This document shows positions 25,980-40,439 of a stretch of 64,000 nucleotides of DNA, piece after piece. The translations under genes and the position numbers were made by a program. The DNA comes from Octopus vulgaris (Eukaryota). The notes under the pieces are model-generated. The model was not told the origin of the DNA and did no database searches. It worked only from the letters and a program-made list of their open reading frames with translations. The first letter of the stretch is position 1. Every line of letters starts with the position of its first letter. Location of the stretch: positions 56,048,001-56,112,000 of the forward strand of contig OX597823.1 of the NCBI GenBank assembly GCA_951406725.2, read 5' to 3'.

Positions 25980-26730
25980 GTAAGTATTTCTTCTTTTATT
26001 ATGGGCTTTTATCAGGGAAGGTGATATCTATAAGCTCTTTTCAAAGCCTTTGTAATTTGTGGAAGGCAATTATCCTCAGAAATGTGACCTAGGTCGAATG
26101 CTTTCAATCGAGGGAATTCACTTAAAGGTGTCCTAGGGCCAGGTGGTGATATTAAACCGGGCGACGGAACAGAATTTTAGTTTGATGAAGTTTTTAACTC
26201 AAACGAAAAGTAAGCCTTTGTTCTGAATAAATTATTGTGCCATTGCGCGTTCTTCAATACCATATTATTCTATTGTCACTGTTCATATTTCTCCTAGCAA
26301 TAAAACAGCCAATATTAGCCAATATTGTCTCCGGGTCTACTCTGATCCACATATTAGGGTACCTTAGCCGGGGTACGCTGCATGAGGGGTGTGAATTATT
26401 TCAGCAGATGAACTTATCGATCCAATGGCAAATATCACTAGATGCTGCACGTATTAAGAGACGATAAATTATCAACGGTCAGGATCAAGCAGTTCAGTTA
26501 TCACACAACTAGCATCATCTGTAGCCATAGTATGTGCAGATAAGATTTTTCAGCTAGCGAAAGACCAATACGATTCGGATGATGATGGCATAATAAAGCC
26601 ATTAATATGTTCATAAAAGGAACGTTAGAACCAGTAGTTAATAATACGTTTAATGAGATAATAGAAAATGCAGTAATGTGAATATCAATACATTCATCAA
26701 AATTACATGATTTATTTTTTTTCCTCTTAG

Positions 26731-26904
26731 CTGTGACCGCTGAAATGAAATACTGCTACAAAGGGAAAATATGCAAAGGTGAAAACCCGAATAACATGGA
26801 AGATCGTTTGATGCAAGCAAAAGACTGTTGTTTCGGAAATGGGACCCGTGGTAACAGTTGGGGTTCGTCACTTTCGTGCGACGTGTGCCCTCAATCAGAA
26901 AAGG
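26731..26904 (+). CDS. Exon 5, TB/8-Cys-like (fibrillin hybrid / follistatin-N-like) module
   Basis: YCYKGKICKG...KDCCFGNGTRGNSWGSSLSCDVCP matches the CY..C..CC..G.xWG..C..CP pattern; phase 1-1. Confidence 0.85.
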
Positions 26905-27045
26905 GTAAGTTGTTGTATTACATTAAAAAATTACTTGATAGTATTTTTCAACTAATCAAACAAGAATAATAGGCTAACATGTCTTTCTAGAGGGTTTATC
27001 TTGGTTACAGTATGTTAGTACTGCTAATGTTCTAATAAGAATTTG

Positions 27046-28215
27046 GGTCTTTTCACTTTAACCGGCACATTTAAAAAATAGTTATTTGTAACTAAACAAT
27101 TTTAAACTTAGTATACTGATAAAATGTGTTACATAAAACATCTTTTTCTTTTGGCTTTCTTGAGAAAATTCTGTAGTTTGTAAGCTATTTGTTGTTAAAT
27201 TTCTTGCATTTCGCCAATTTCAACCAATCAATGACGTTTATTGAGGTGAATACAATTACTGATGTAGTTTGTCAGCAACAACTTCCTGCGGTGTCTACTT
27301 AGTTTGTCACTGCTATTTATGACATACGCGTGTGTATAAAATTATTCGTTTGGTTTTAGCTTTTCAGTTTATTTTGTTTGTTTTGAGATACGAGTGTATA
27401 TAAAATCATTTTGCCAGTTTATTTTGTTTGCTTTGAGATACGCGTGTATATAAAATTACTTTGTTTGTTAATTGTTAAACTATTTTCGATTGCTTTGGTT
27501 TTAGCCTTTCATTTTATTTTCTTAATTGTTAAACTATTTTCGATTGCTTTTAGGTTTACTTTATTTCTTGAATTGTAAATTAATTTGTTTTTTGAAAATG
27601 GCTAGTCTAGGCGAGTTGTTCGATGCAATAAAAGCGTAGGAGGATACTGAAGCTTTCTTGGCAGAAGGGGTACTATACCCAATACTAAAAATTGTAGAAA
27701 AGGGCACCTGATGAAAAAGAACTTGGTAGAGAAGAATGTTTGCTGGCGGTGTAGTCGCAAAGGTTGCTGTGAGAGAGTGTCTGTCCGAAAGGGGACATGG
27801 CTAGAAGGTACCACACTTCCTCTGCGGACTGTAGTCATTTTTTTCTACTCTTGGGTCAAGGAACTGGCTACAGTGCGACACACTCGAAGAATGCATCCGC
27901 CGCTCGATCCTCCCAGGTACCACAATATTTAGTGACCTTTGGAGGGCTTATTCACATATTCCAGAGATCGAGGGATACAATTTTCAACATAGAACAGTGA
28001 ACCACAGCGTCGAGTTTGTTAACTCCGTTGATAACACACATACCCAACAAATAGAGAGTACTTGGGCGCGTGTTTGGAACGGGGTAACAAGCGACGGTGT
28101 GGTACACACCGTTCTATGATTGACTCGTATCTCTGCGAATTCATGTGGCGGCAGACACGAAAAAAGTGACCTTTGGGGGAAATTGCTGGCAAGCATTAGA
28201 AATTTCTCCAATGAT
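27046..28215 (+). mobile_element. Internally deleted Merlin (ISXO2/IS1016-like) DNA transposon
   Basis: WRCSRKGC..VSVRKGTW, then TIFSDLWRAY, HRTVNHS..FV...THTQQIESTW and YLCEFMWR across broken frames. Upstream tandem repeats at 27320-27560. Left boundary uncertain. Confidence 0.75.
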
Positions 28216-28424
28216 TGTTAATCCTTTCGGTACTATATTTCTGACCAAAATACACCCCTCATAAGTTTCAATTGAATAGTAAAATAATCATGAATATAGA
28301 CTAGTTTCATTTGAACTGGGTTCATGAGCAAGTCATGTGCGCATACTTCTCGCACATAACTGTTATAGGCTACAGCTGCATTGTGGCTCATCCCCAGTTC
28401 TACTACGGTTGTGGGTAACCACGA

Positions 28425-28665
28425 GATAATTTTTTTATCTGGTGGTCAATGAGGAAACTAGGGATGGATGAATGGTTAGTGAGAGCTGTACAAGCCATGT
28501 ACAGTAAGGTGAGGGTTGGCAACGAGTACAGTGAAGAATACCAGGTCAATTATGCTAGACTAGATGGAGCCTGTTGCAGCCGCTGGCTCTCCAAGATTTC
28601 AGTCAAACTGTCCAACCCATGCCATCATGTAAAACGGACGTTAATCGATGATGATGATGATGATA
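28425..28665 (+). mobile_element. RTE-clade LINE fragment
   Basis: IWWSMRKLGMDEWLVRAVQAMY..VRVGNEYSEE RT segment joined to a 3' end with a (GAT)n tail. Confidence 0.65.
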
Positions 28666-29066
28666 TCATTAATAAAGTTGGATGCAAGCAAACGATTAAT
28701 AGTAGAGAGCAGTAACGTTCGGAGCAAAAAGTTGGCGGCCGGCAACCGGCGGTACGATCGGAAAACCGTCATCTCGGCAGCAATATCGACCTCGAGTGTG
28801 TGTCCGATAGCGTGCGTAACACACGGACGCATCGCGTTCAAGCACGTGGCTAAGGTAGCGATAAATAGCTAATAATAATAATAATAATAAGCAACGAAAT
28901 TTTTTGTAAAACTTATCTGAACAGTTTCCCTGAAGTGGACGAAAGTACTAATATCCAAAATTCTTACTACCTCCTTTTTCTTAATATACAAAATTTGTAC
29001 ATCACTTGAAACAATCTATACACACACAGACATATATATCTTTTTAATTTGTATATATACATATAT

Positions 29067-29137
<71 letters not shown>

Positions 29138-29442
29138 TGTGTGTGTGTGTGTAGATTCTTATATATATAAAGAATAAAAAAATACTTATGGCACAGATCT
29201 AAAAATCTTTACGTAGATATTAAAAGCAGTGGACAAAGTGGTAGAATATTAGAAATTGGTGAAGCATTTAATATAAACAATGATATCTGAAGTATGTAAA
29301 GGATTTCCAACATGCCTGCTGGTTTCAAGAAAAATAATGCAGAAATCTAAGCCGCTCATCAGTAAATATAACAAGACACCGAATCCATAGAGCCGTATTA
29401 TTTTATTATGTACTGTAAATATATTAACTTTTCTGCTTTCAG

Positions 29443-29660
29443 TCACCCTTGATCAAAGTGCACTGAATAAAGTAACAAAGAAAATCGTGAATGTGGGTTT
29501 CGCCACTTGCCGCGTCTATGGTATATACAGCTATAGAACATTTGACGGAAGTAACTATGATTTTGGCGGAACATGCAGATACACTTTAGCCAGTGAAGGG
29601 AAAAACTGGTACGTGGAGATCGAATCTCACAACTGTAACAGCTTCACAACATGCAGAAAG
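29443..29660 (+). CDS. Exon 6, start of VWD1
   Basis: ATCRVYGIYSYRTFDGSNYDFGGTCRYTLA (TFDG motif); phase 1-0. Confidence 0.93.
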
Positions 29661-29737
29661 GTAAGCTTTTTATTATTATTATTATTAGTAGTAGTAGTAG
29701 TAGTAGTAGTAGTAGCAGCAGCAGTAGTAGTAGTAGT

Positions 29738-30785
29738 AAGGCGGCGAGCTGGTAGAATCGTTAGCACGCCGGGCGAAATGCTTAGCGGTATTTCGGCTGC
29801 CGTTACGTTGTGAGTTCAAATTCCGCCGAGGTCGACTTTGCCTTTCATCCTTTCGGGGTCGATAAATTAAGTACCAGTTACGCATTGGGGTCGATGTAAT
29901 CGACTTAATACCTATGTCTGTCCTTGTTTGTCCCCTCTGTGTTTAGCCCCTTGTGGGTAATAAAGAAATAGGTATTTCGTCTGCCGCTACGTTCTGAGTT
30001 CAAAATCCGACGAGGTCGACTAAGGTAGTTGACTTTTCATCCTTTCAGGGTCGATAAATTAAGTACCAGTTGCATACTGAGGTTGATCTAATCGGCTGGC
30101 CCCCTCCCCTAAAATTTCAGGACTTGTGCCGATAGTAGAAAGGATTATTATTATTACCATTAATATTAAGGCAGCGAGCTGGCAGAATCGTTAGCACGCC
30201 GGGCGAAACGCTTAGCGGTATTTCGTCTGTCGTAAGGCGGCGAGCTGGCAGAAACGTTAGCGCGACATGCGAAATGCTTAGCGGTATTTCGTCTGTCGCA
30301 ACGTTCTGAGTTCAAATTCCGCCGAGGTCGACTTTGCCTTTCATCCTTTCGGGGTCGATAAATTAAGTACCAGTTACGCACTGGAGTCGAAGCAATCGAC
30401 TTAATCCCTTATGTGTTCTTGTTTGTCCTCTCTGTGTTTAGCCCCTTGTGGGTAGTAAAGAAATAGGTATTTCGTCTGTCTTAATGTTCTGAGTTCAAAT
30501 TCCGCCGAGGTCGACTAAGCCTTTTATCCATTCGAGGTCGATAAATCAAGTACCAGTTGTGTACTGGGGTCGATCTAATCGACTGTCTCTCCCCCTCCCC
30601 CAAAATTTCGGGCCTTGTACCTCGAGTAGAAAATAATGTTCTGAGTTCAAATGCCACCAGGTTCGACATCGCCTTTTATCCTTTCGGGATCTATAAATTA
30701 AGTATCAGTTACGCACTGGGGTCGATGTAATAGACTTAATCCCTTTCCCCAAAAGTTGAGGCCTTGTGCTTCCAGTAGAAAGGAT
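29738..30785 (+). mobile_element. Nested/tandem array of SINE family B copies
   Basis: At least five repeats of GTTCAAAT..GCCGAGGTCGAC...GTCGATAAATTAAGTACCAG. Confidence 0.85.
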
Positions 30786-30791
30786 TATGAT

Positions 30792-30929
30792 TCTTTTATT
30801 CTTTTACTTGTTTCAGTCATTTGACTGTGGCCATGTTGGAACACCGCCTTTAGTCGAACAAATCGACCCCAGGACTTATTCGGTTGTCAAGCGATGGTGG
30901 GGAGACAAAGACGGACACACAAACATATA

Positions 30930-30988
<59 letters not shown>

Positions 30989-31151
30989 GACGGGATTCTT
31001 TCAGTTTCCGTCTACCAAATTCACTCACAAGGATTTGGTCGGCCCGAGGCTATAGTAGAAGACACTTACCCAAGGTATCACGCAGTAGAACTGAACCCAG
31101 AACCATGTGGCTGGTAAGCAAGCTTGTTACCACACAGCCACTCCTGCGCCT
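30792..31151 (-). mobile_element. SINE family A (internal deletion)
   Basis: Same text as 4889-5308. Confidence 0.85.
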
Positions 31152-32245
31152 ACGCAACCACTTATTATTATATGCAGAAAGGTTGTGTGAAAAAAAAAAA
31201 GGATGCGTGCTGGTAGAATCTTTGGTGCGTCGGACAAAGTGCTTAGCAGCATTTCGTCCAGCTTTTTATGTTTATCATATACACTTTGCCATAGCTCCTC
31301 ATTACTTGATATTAGAGGTTCACATACTTGAAATTTGAGCAGTCTTTTGAATGCTAATCATTGCATTGTATGTAAGGATATTAGTACATAAGAGCAATGA
31401 AGTCTGGCAGAAATTATGAAATATACTGAACGTAATGGAGAATGCTTTCGGTAGAATATTCTGGAAAGTTTACGCAACTGATACTTAATTTATGGCAATA
31501 CAATCATTCGTACAGGTTTGGAATTGGAGAGGAAGGTGTTGACAAAAATCTTTTCCGCTCAGTTGTTACTTGTCTAGTTATCACCACGGATTTAAGTTAA
31601 AGGGCTGCGGTTGAGTGTAGTACAGGTCCGAATATCAGCAGTGTCCTCTTTGAAAGCCTCATCATTTTCTTCTCTTGATAAGCAGGGCCAGATAAGTTTT
31701 CTGATTCAAGTTATTGTAAAACAGATAAGTAGTACAATAGCTATTGATATTATACTATTATTAGACTACTGAGCGATATTATACTATTATTAGACTACTA
31801 AGAGACAGTATACTACTGTTATACTACTTGGAGATCTGAGAAAGAGGAGGAGAAGGAGCGAAAGTTTTAGCTCTGCTATGATATTCCAAGCAATTAAAGT
31901 ATCACTTGAAACAGAATATAGAGAAGAAAGTAAAATTGAACCGTCAGTAAATTTAATTAAATATAAAGAAGAACAACATATTCACTACAGATAATGTCTT
32001 CGGGAAGATCGTGTACTAAATTCCATGTACCTTAACTCTCCTAATGATATAAATACTGATTAATTAATCCACCGATTAATAATGAAGGTATGAATACAAT
32101 TAATTGTGGAGTGAAATAATATTTAATGAAAACCTATATATACACTAATACATGCACACAGGTACATACACACTCGCACGCACGCACAAACACATGTATG
32201 TAACTATGTATGCATGTATATATATATATATATATATATATATGT

Positions 32246-32480
32246 AAGGCGGCGAGCTGGCAGACACGTTAGCGCGCCGGGCGGAATGCTTAGCGGTATT
32301 TCGTCTGTCGTTACGTTCTGAGTTCAAATTCCGCCGAGGTCGACTTTGCCTTTCATCCTTTCGGGGTCGATAAATAAAAGTACCAGTTTCGCACTGGGGT
32401 CGATGTAATCGACTTAATCCCTTTGTCTGTCCTTGTTTGTCCTCTCTATGTTTAGCCCCTTGTGGGCAATAAAGAAATAA
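32246..32480 (+). mobile_element. SINE family B in a (TA)n tract
   Basis: Near-identical to 19518-19750. Confidence 0.85.
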
Positions 32481-32747
32481 TATATATATATATATATTAT
32501 ATTAAATTAGAGACAAAACCACTATTAGGCAAATCAAACAATGAAAGACTTAAGCCAATACATATGATTAATTTATATTATTTAAATATGTAACAAAATT
32601 ATTAAAAAATATATAATTAATATCCCACTACGATCGTTTCCTGCCTGCTGTCTTCAAATTACTTATTATTTAGTTGAACACGGCGCATCCATTTCCAAGT
32701 CAGTTTATATGTATATATACACGTCTATACTGTTCGTTTGCTTTCAG

Positions 32748-32856
32748 AAAGTCTATGTAAACTTTATGGTTAGTAATCTGAATATTGAAATCTTTGAATG
32801 CAAAGTCAAAGTGAACGATAAAGAGATTGACATGACCAACAATCACTTACTTTCGG
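32748..32856 (+). CDS. Exon 7, VWD1
   Basis: CAG|KVYVNFMVSNLNIEIFECKVKVNDKEIDMTNNHLLS G|GTGAGT; phase 0-1. Confidence 0.85.
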
Positions 32857-33695
32857 GTGAGTATTAAAAGTTAAAATCACGCCATATACGAGTGAGTATG
32901 CGTGCGTGTGGTATGTGTGCATACGTGTGTGTGTGTATGCGTGTGTGTGTGTGTGTGTGTGTATGTGTGTGTGTGTGTGTATGTGTGTGTGTGTGTGCGT
33001 GTAAGTCTGTGGAAAACTGTAATTGTTAATATATTTGTTTCATAATCATGCGATCCTGGACTGAATCCTAATGCTTTTAAGTTTTTGGCAAATGTTTTCA
33101 AATATAGTCGTCTGTTGACGCAGACCTTGTGAGAGAAAATATAATAAAAAGTGACTACATGGAAATTCAGCGATTTACTGTGCAGTAATTTAAATGGCGC
33201 TAGACTCATTGGTGCAAGGGATTCTGAGACACCAATTTTCGACATGTGTCTCGAATCGAGTGTGTCATGAACACACTGGCTTCGTAAAAGGGTGAAGTTG
33301 TTTTCCGATGACGTACATAATAGTGACCTGTAAATTTTCGTTCGAATATCCCGGGATATATTAAGAATAAATATGGGAGTCACACTATAGCAAATAACGA
33401 TTGTTTTATCGATTGGCAGATATAAGTGCCAATCAGTAAGTAATTTTTTTGCTGAAGGTATAAGCAAAACTTGTTTAAGCTCAAAAGAAAAGGGTACTTC
33501 TGGCTGACAAGAAACATGTTGAAATACCGATGTCCGAGGATCCTTTGCGCCAATGAACCGAGTATGATAAGTTTTCATACTAGAAATAATGTTTCTTAGA
33601 CATGCTTTCATAAATGTTTAGCTATTACACGTTATTTTACCAAGACTTATACTTTAATTTCTCTTGATAAATGTTCAAACTTGTTTTTGAAATAG

Positions 33696-33863
33696 GCGTG
33701 ACTATTCAGAAGAAAAATGGAATGATCCGACTTGAAAACAGTGCTATAGGTGTAAGAATGAAGATGGGATGTGAGGCTTCTGTTTATTTAACATTGACCG
33801 AAACCCACAGGCAATGCTCCCTCCTTCAAGGACTGTGTGGAAACTATAACAACGATTACAGAG
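33696..33863 (+). CDS. Exon 8, VWD1
   Basis: VTIQKKNG...LQGLCGNYNNDYR; phase 1-1. Confidence 0.92.
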
Positions 33864-35252
33864 GTAAGTAAGTTATATGATGCCCATTGTAAAGAACGAG
33901 TAGAAATGACTCGGATAGTGAAAAGGTAGAATTTAACATCACGCAATACGAATTTCTAAACGTTTGTATTTAGATTTACAACAAAGTACCTGAAGAACTG
34001 AGTCAGCAGCATGAATGACAAAAGTACTAAGTAATGTGTGGATGGCAGGGGTAATCATAAAGAAAGATATGCAGATTCTCTGTAAATTTAGAGTAGGTCC
34101 TACTTTGGCAAAAATAATGAAAATGTTATTGGAAGAACGTCTCCTGCAATAACTGATACAATATATTTAATTCTCCAATTCAATAATTCATGCAGTATCT
34201 TTAACAAAATATTTTATAATATATCTTAGTGAAAAATTTCTGGAACATATATTACTGAAAATATTATACAATATTTGTACAATATATTTGAGCAAATTTT
34301 TCACACAGGCATGACTGTATAGTTAAGAAATCTACTTTGCGGTATCGAAATCTACTTTGTGGTTTCGAGTTCAGTCCTACTGCTCGGCGCTTTGGGCAGC
34401 TGTCTTCTGCTATAACGTTGGACTGGTTAATGTTTACTTATGAACATCCTTAACTAAATGTATAATATACATCTTCAGATGCATTATACAGTAATCACTC
34501 AATATATGATACAGTGTATAATACCTTTGAGTTACTATATTATACAATATCTTTATCTACATACATATACACGCATACACACACGCGTACATACACACAT
34601 ACATACATATACACACACATGTATATATATATATGTGTTGTGTTCTTGAGCAAAACACTTTATTTCACGTTGCTCCAGTTCACTCAGCTGTAGAAATGAG
34701 TTGCGACGTCACTGGTTCCAAGCTGTATCGACCTTTGTCTTTCCCTTGGATAACACTGGTGGCGTGGAGAGGGGAGGCCGGTATGCATGGGCGACTGCTG
34801 GTCTTCCATAAACAACCTTGCCCGGACTTGTGTCTAGGAGGGTAACTTTCTAGGTGCAATCCCATGGTCATTCATGACCGAAGGGGGTCTTTACCCTTTA
34901 TATATATATATATATATACATATATGAAAAATCAACGAAAATTAACATTGCAAATAAAAAAAAAGGCTATTTATGACAGGTAACGACAAATATATACATT
35001 TAGATTGACTGAGGTAGTAATACGAGTCATAAAAGTCATTATTATGCGATGATTATAAGATGATAATAATAATAAAAGAGTAAGAGAACACGGCCGGTGT
35101 TTTTCAAACGATGAATAGCTTTGCGTAAACCAATAGCCTTTTATTTGCATTGATTTTTTCACATTTTACCCTTACATTTCCAAGTGTATTTTATATTTTC
35201 TTTTTGTAACATATTTCTACTATATACATATATATATATATGTGTGTGTGTG

Positions 35253-35293
<41 letters not shown>

Positions 35294-36237
35294 GTGTGTG
35301 TGTGTATGTATATTATACAAATATCTTGAACAAAATATGCTGTGCATTAATTTTAACAAGACAAGCATAAATATCAATAGGTAAATATGCAATATATTGT
35401 AGAATGAATCATTAATGAATTACAGGTTAAATTATGCTGATGATTTCTAAAAAGAATGATATAGCTCCAGACGTGATTATCACTGGTTAGGAATTGTGAC
35501 AATAGATAAAATCAATTAAATATGTGAACACTGTGCATCTTCTTCCTCAAATTCATTAATTTCAAATTCAAATTTTTATTCTCACCCCGCCTTGCAAGCG
35601 GATAATTATGAGGGCACCACAAATATTATAAAATATCTTTAAAGAAAAATAAGGTACTATACAATATATTTAAATTGAATGCACTATACAAATATCTTTG
35701 ATTAAATATATTACGCAATATATTTAACTGAGTCTGCTGTACTAGTGTATATAACTTCTTCAACATATTTAATCTATCTAATAATATACTTTTTATGATC
35801 ACCAAGTAAATGATTGATGATGGTGGTGATGATTATGGTGATGATGAAGTTGGTGGTGGCTGTGTTGGTGGTGATGGTGGTGGTGGTAATGCCTGCATGT
35901 CATGAGAAACCGCCGCCTAACATGTGAATTTTCGGCTGTGTCTCCAAGTACCATCCAAAGTCTGTCGTTTTAGTCTCTCCTCCATCGTTGTAGTTGTTTT
36001 AAAGTGAGACACATTCCGCGCAATCCGATCCCACTTTTTTCTTTAACTATTGAAGGTCTGACCACAGTAACTCAACGGGCTTAGACGGCTGCGGTGACAA
36101 GCAAGCTGTATGCCTTACATCAGATTGGCCTTCTCTTGAGTGAATTTACTCTACAGGGCTCGAGAGCTCAATCCATCTTCGAGTTGCCTGAAGGACGTCA
36201 GACAGGATACTAGACTACCTGATAGGTTACATTCATA

Positions 36238-36427
36238 CTCTTTTACTTGTTTCAGTCATTTGACTGCGGCCATGCTGGAGCACCGCCTTTAATCGAGCAA
36301 CTCGACCCCGGGACTTATTCTTTTGTAAGCCCAGTACTTATTCTGCCGAACCGCTAAGTAACGGGGACATAAACGCACCAGCATCGGTTGTCAAGCAATG
36401 CTAGGGGGACAAACACAGACACACACA

Positions 36428-36499
<72 letters not shown>

Positions 36500-36665
36500 T
36501 ACGACGGGCTTCTTTCAGTTTCCGTCTACCAAATCCACTCACAAGGCTTTGGTCGGCCCGAGGCTATAGTAGAAGACACTTGCCCAAGGTGCCACGCTGT
36601 GGGACTGAACCCGGAACCATGTGGTTCGTAAACAAGCTACTTACCACACAGCCACTCCTGCGCCT
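36238..36665 (-). mobile_element. SINE family A
   Basis: Same text as 4889-5308. Confidence 0.85.
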
Positions 36666-36801
36666 ATATAATATAAATAATAAATATAACTATAACACTT
36701 CCCATTCTTTAATAAATTATGTTTGCATGCACCCAAATTTCTAGACCTTATAATATATGCAATCTAGTCATAATTCAAATCTGCTTTCATCTTCCTTCCA
36801 G

Positions 36802-36887
36802 ACGATTTTCAAGCACTCAGCGGCAAAGTCATGAAGGATAGCGACACCTTCGCAAATAGCTATCTCATAAAAACTAATAAAGCCGAG
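36802..36887 (+). CDS. Exon 9, VWD1 end
   Basis: DDFQALSGKVMKDSDTFANSYLIKTNKAE (DDF...FANS motif); phase 1-0. Confidence 0.9.
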
Positions 36888-37189
36888 GTGAGTTACCAAA
36901 TTTGATTCAGAAACATTATCTTTTATTTATTTATCTATTTATTTATTTTTTCATCTTTTACTTGTTTCAGTCATTTGGCTGCAGCCACGCTTTGAAGGGT
37001 TTTAGTCGAACAAATGGACCCCAGGACTTATTTCTTTTAAGCCTAGTAATTATTCTATCGGCCTCTTTGCCGAACCGCGAAGTTACGGAGCTGTAAACAC
37101 ACCAACACCGGTTGTCAAGCTGAGGGAGGGAGAACAAACACAGACACAAAGATAGACCCACGCACCCACCTACACACACACACACATAC

Positions 37190-37289
<100 letters not shown>

Positions 37290-38183
37290 CCGTTGTTAAT
37301 GATATTAACTACTATTTTATGATGTAATAAGCTAAGATACTTTAAAAAAGTTAAAATTGCACCGTCATTGGTGTGTGTCTGTGTCTGTGTGACTTTGCGT
37401 CTGTGATCACCCCACCCACCCCCGATCGTCACTTGACAACGGTGTTGGTGTTTAAGTCCCTGTAAGGTAGAGGCTCGGCTAAAAAAAAACCGATAGAAGA
37501 AGTACAAGGCTTTAAAAATAATAAGTCCTGGGGTCGATTTGTTCGACTAAAACCCTTCGAGGCGGTGCTCCAGCATGGCCGCTGTCAAATGACTGAAACA
37601 GGTAAAAGAATATATATATATATAAAACAAACTTTAAACAAAACTTTTTATTTACTTTAATTTCATGAAATTATGTTAACAAAACAGTTGTCCCTGCTGT
37701 CTTTTATTTTTACTGTTATTCTCCGATTCCATAGTGGTTGTTAGCATAAATGATGGTACAATTTTCATTTTTTTAAGTATCCTAGCTTACTACATCATAA
37801 AATAGTAGCTAGATATACTTCGCAGAGAGAACCCTCGCGTGGCTTCTTGAAATTGCAAGAAATAACAGTCAAATCTTTTTGACTCCACACATTGTTCCAT
37901 CTTAAAATGATGCAGGGACACGTTATGATGGAGTGGTCATAGATAGAAAGCATTTGATCATAGATTTTTTAAGTTAGCGTTGAAATGGGGTCTTCACAAC
38001 CACATCGGCTGCACGTCCTTTTAGGGTCTTATATTCAAACACCACAAAGCCACTGAGTACATGGTCACTCGAATCGCAAGAAATAGCAGCAACTACAATG
38101 ACAATGAAGACAACCATTACAACAATATGAACAACAACTCCAAGAATGATGCTATCAAACTTTTAACACCTTTATATTTTCAG

Positions 38184-38297
38184 TGCAAACCAGTATTCGG
38201 TATTCCAGATTTTTGCACCGGATCTCAGATGAAGATGACTGCTGCCCAAAAATGTTCTTATCTACATTCAAATGCTTTTAAACAGTGCCACCAACTG
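38184..38297 (+). CDS. Exon 10, C8-1 start
   Basis: CKPVFGIPDFCTG...AAQKCSYLHSNAFKQCHQL; phase 0-0. Confidence 0.9.
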
Positions 38298-38328
38298 GTT
38301 AGTATACCTACCTACCTATCTATCTACC

Positions 38329-38367
<39 letters not shown>

Positions 38368-38762
38368 TCTGAAATATTCATGCAGTTGGTTTTCTTCCTT
38401 AGCCATTTAGCATTTACGCCAACCATATATGACCCAAATATTCGACCTATGTTATGTTCAAACTGGCCAGATACACACTCTTACGCCTATTTCTGCAATG
38501 TCATTCTAAAAATAAATGATCACGACAACGAAATCGCGAAATTACAAGACAATGCGTGATTAATTTATAACAATGTGAATAAATAGGTATTATATTGGAC
38601 AGAGTAATCGGGAAATAAACATAACCTTGTGTAACCTTAACAACCTTATATTAGTGTGGCATTATCACTCCAGGGATGAAAGGGCAATACCCATGAGTCA
38701 TGATTCCCTTGGCCTCCAAAACTATGGAAAACGTTTAAAGCTTACAGCAGAGTGCGCTCTGT

Positions 38763-39021
38763 GGAGGCGCATGACTTAGTGGTTAGGGTGTCAGCATCAT
38801 GATCGTAAGATTGTGGTTTCGATTCCTGGATCGGGCGATGCGTTCTGTTCTTGAGCAAAACACTTCATTTCACGTTGCTCCAGTCCACTCAGCTGGCAAA
38901 AATGAGTAACGCTGCGATGGACTGGCATCCCATCCAGCTGGGGAACACATATGCCATTGAAACCGGGAAACCGGGCCCATGAGCCTGGGTAGGCTTTAAA
39001 AAAGCGCATTTATTTATTATT
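38763..39021 (+). mobile_element. tRNA-derived SINE family C with target duplication
   Basis: GGAGGCGCATGACTTAGTGGTTAGG...GTTTCGATTCC, flanked by AGA(G/A)TGCGCTCTG. Fragments also ~34636-34898 and ~58990-59150. Confidence 0.8.
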
Positions 39022-39870
39022 AGAATGCGCTCTGCTAAAAGCATCCCAGGATCAGGGGGTGATAATGTCCATCCAAGCGAGAGATTGAGTTCACCGCTAA
39101 AGAACAAACGGAACAGATACTGCAAGTCAGTTTGTTCGACGCTCTGACAATTCCGTTTTATTTGATCGACCTCGAAAGGGTGAAAAATCAAAATTAACCT
39201 TGATGAGATTTCAACACATAGCTCAGAAAACTGAGACAAGTATCGCAAGGTGTTTCTTCCAGGCTTCTGTACAGTACAAATACCTTTCAGCAGCCTGGAC
39301 AACAATGGTTTTGCCAATTCGCTGTCATTAATTATAGGCATGAAAGCCAATACATCAAACAGTACCAATAATGATAAAAACATAAAAGAGAATTTTCAAC
39401 CTTAAAACAATTTCCTCGAATGAAATTCCCGAATTTACCTCCTCGAATGAAATTCCCGAATTTACCTCCTCGGATCTTCAAATTTCTCGTTTCGGTTATT
39501 GCTAAGTACGTGATTGGAAAAATTCTTGAAATTGGGTAAATTTATCAGCGTATACCTCAGTATCTTTGTATTACAATGTGCTGATACATGTCTATATATA
39601 TATGTGTGTGTTTGTTTCTATGTACAACAGTGGTTTTGTTTATGTGTCAAAGTGTGCATATTCATGTGTGTGTGTGTGTGAATGCCATATTGCGCGTGTG
39701 TCTCTTTGTCTGTACTTAATATCTGATGTATGTGTGCATGAGTCAAGGTAAGTATATTCACGTTTGAATGTATATGTGTACGTGATTCAGCGCATATATT
39801 GTCATACGCACGTGTGCGCGCGCAGCGCGGTTTTTAGCGTACTCGAGTTTCTATGTGCCTGCATGTGTGT

Positions 39871-40063
<193 letters not shown>

Positions 40064-40345
40064 TGTCTGTCTGTCTGTCCATGTGTGTATATGTATAAAT
40101 GTGCATGTCTCAGTACGTTTAGGGTTGGCTGAGTGCATTGCTATATGTGTTCAAGTATTTTGTGAAATGCGCTTACATATTTTTGAGTGTGTGAGAGCGT
40201 TTCGATGTATACCCGTGTAATACCCCATGACTGATTGTGCGTACATATGTGTGCGCGGATATATTAATGTTAAGTATCTATTTTACGAGAGCGCGGATAT
40301 TTGAATACGCATACGTTCGTCTGTGTACGTGTGTACTTGTGTGCA

Positions 40346-40439
<94 letters not shown>

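Noticed and set aside
29738-30785. CRISPR-like or tRNA-gene interpretation of regularly recurring motifs
   Set aside because: Eukaryotic SINE array; no unique spacers and no complete cloverleaf.
32877-33611. 244 aa minus-strand ORF
   Set aside because: Intronic antisense; ends in a (CA)n translation; no domain motifs.
37303-37811. ~65 bp diverged inverted repeat around a SINE
   Set aside because: Most simply an old MITE or hairpin interrupted by a SINE; no ribozyme motif or clear TSD.
39414-39472. 27 bp tandem duplication (also ~29 bp repeats at 31745-31830)
   Set aside because: Ordinary local slippage duplications.
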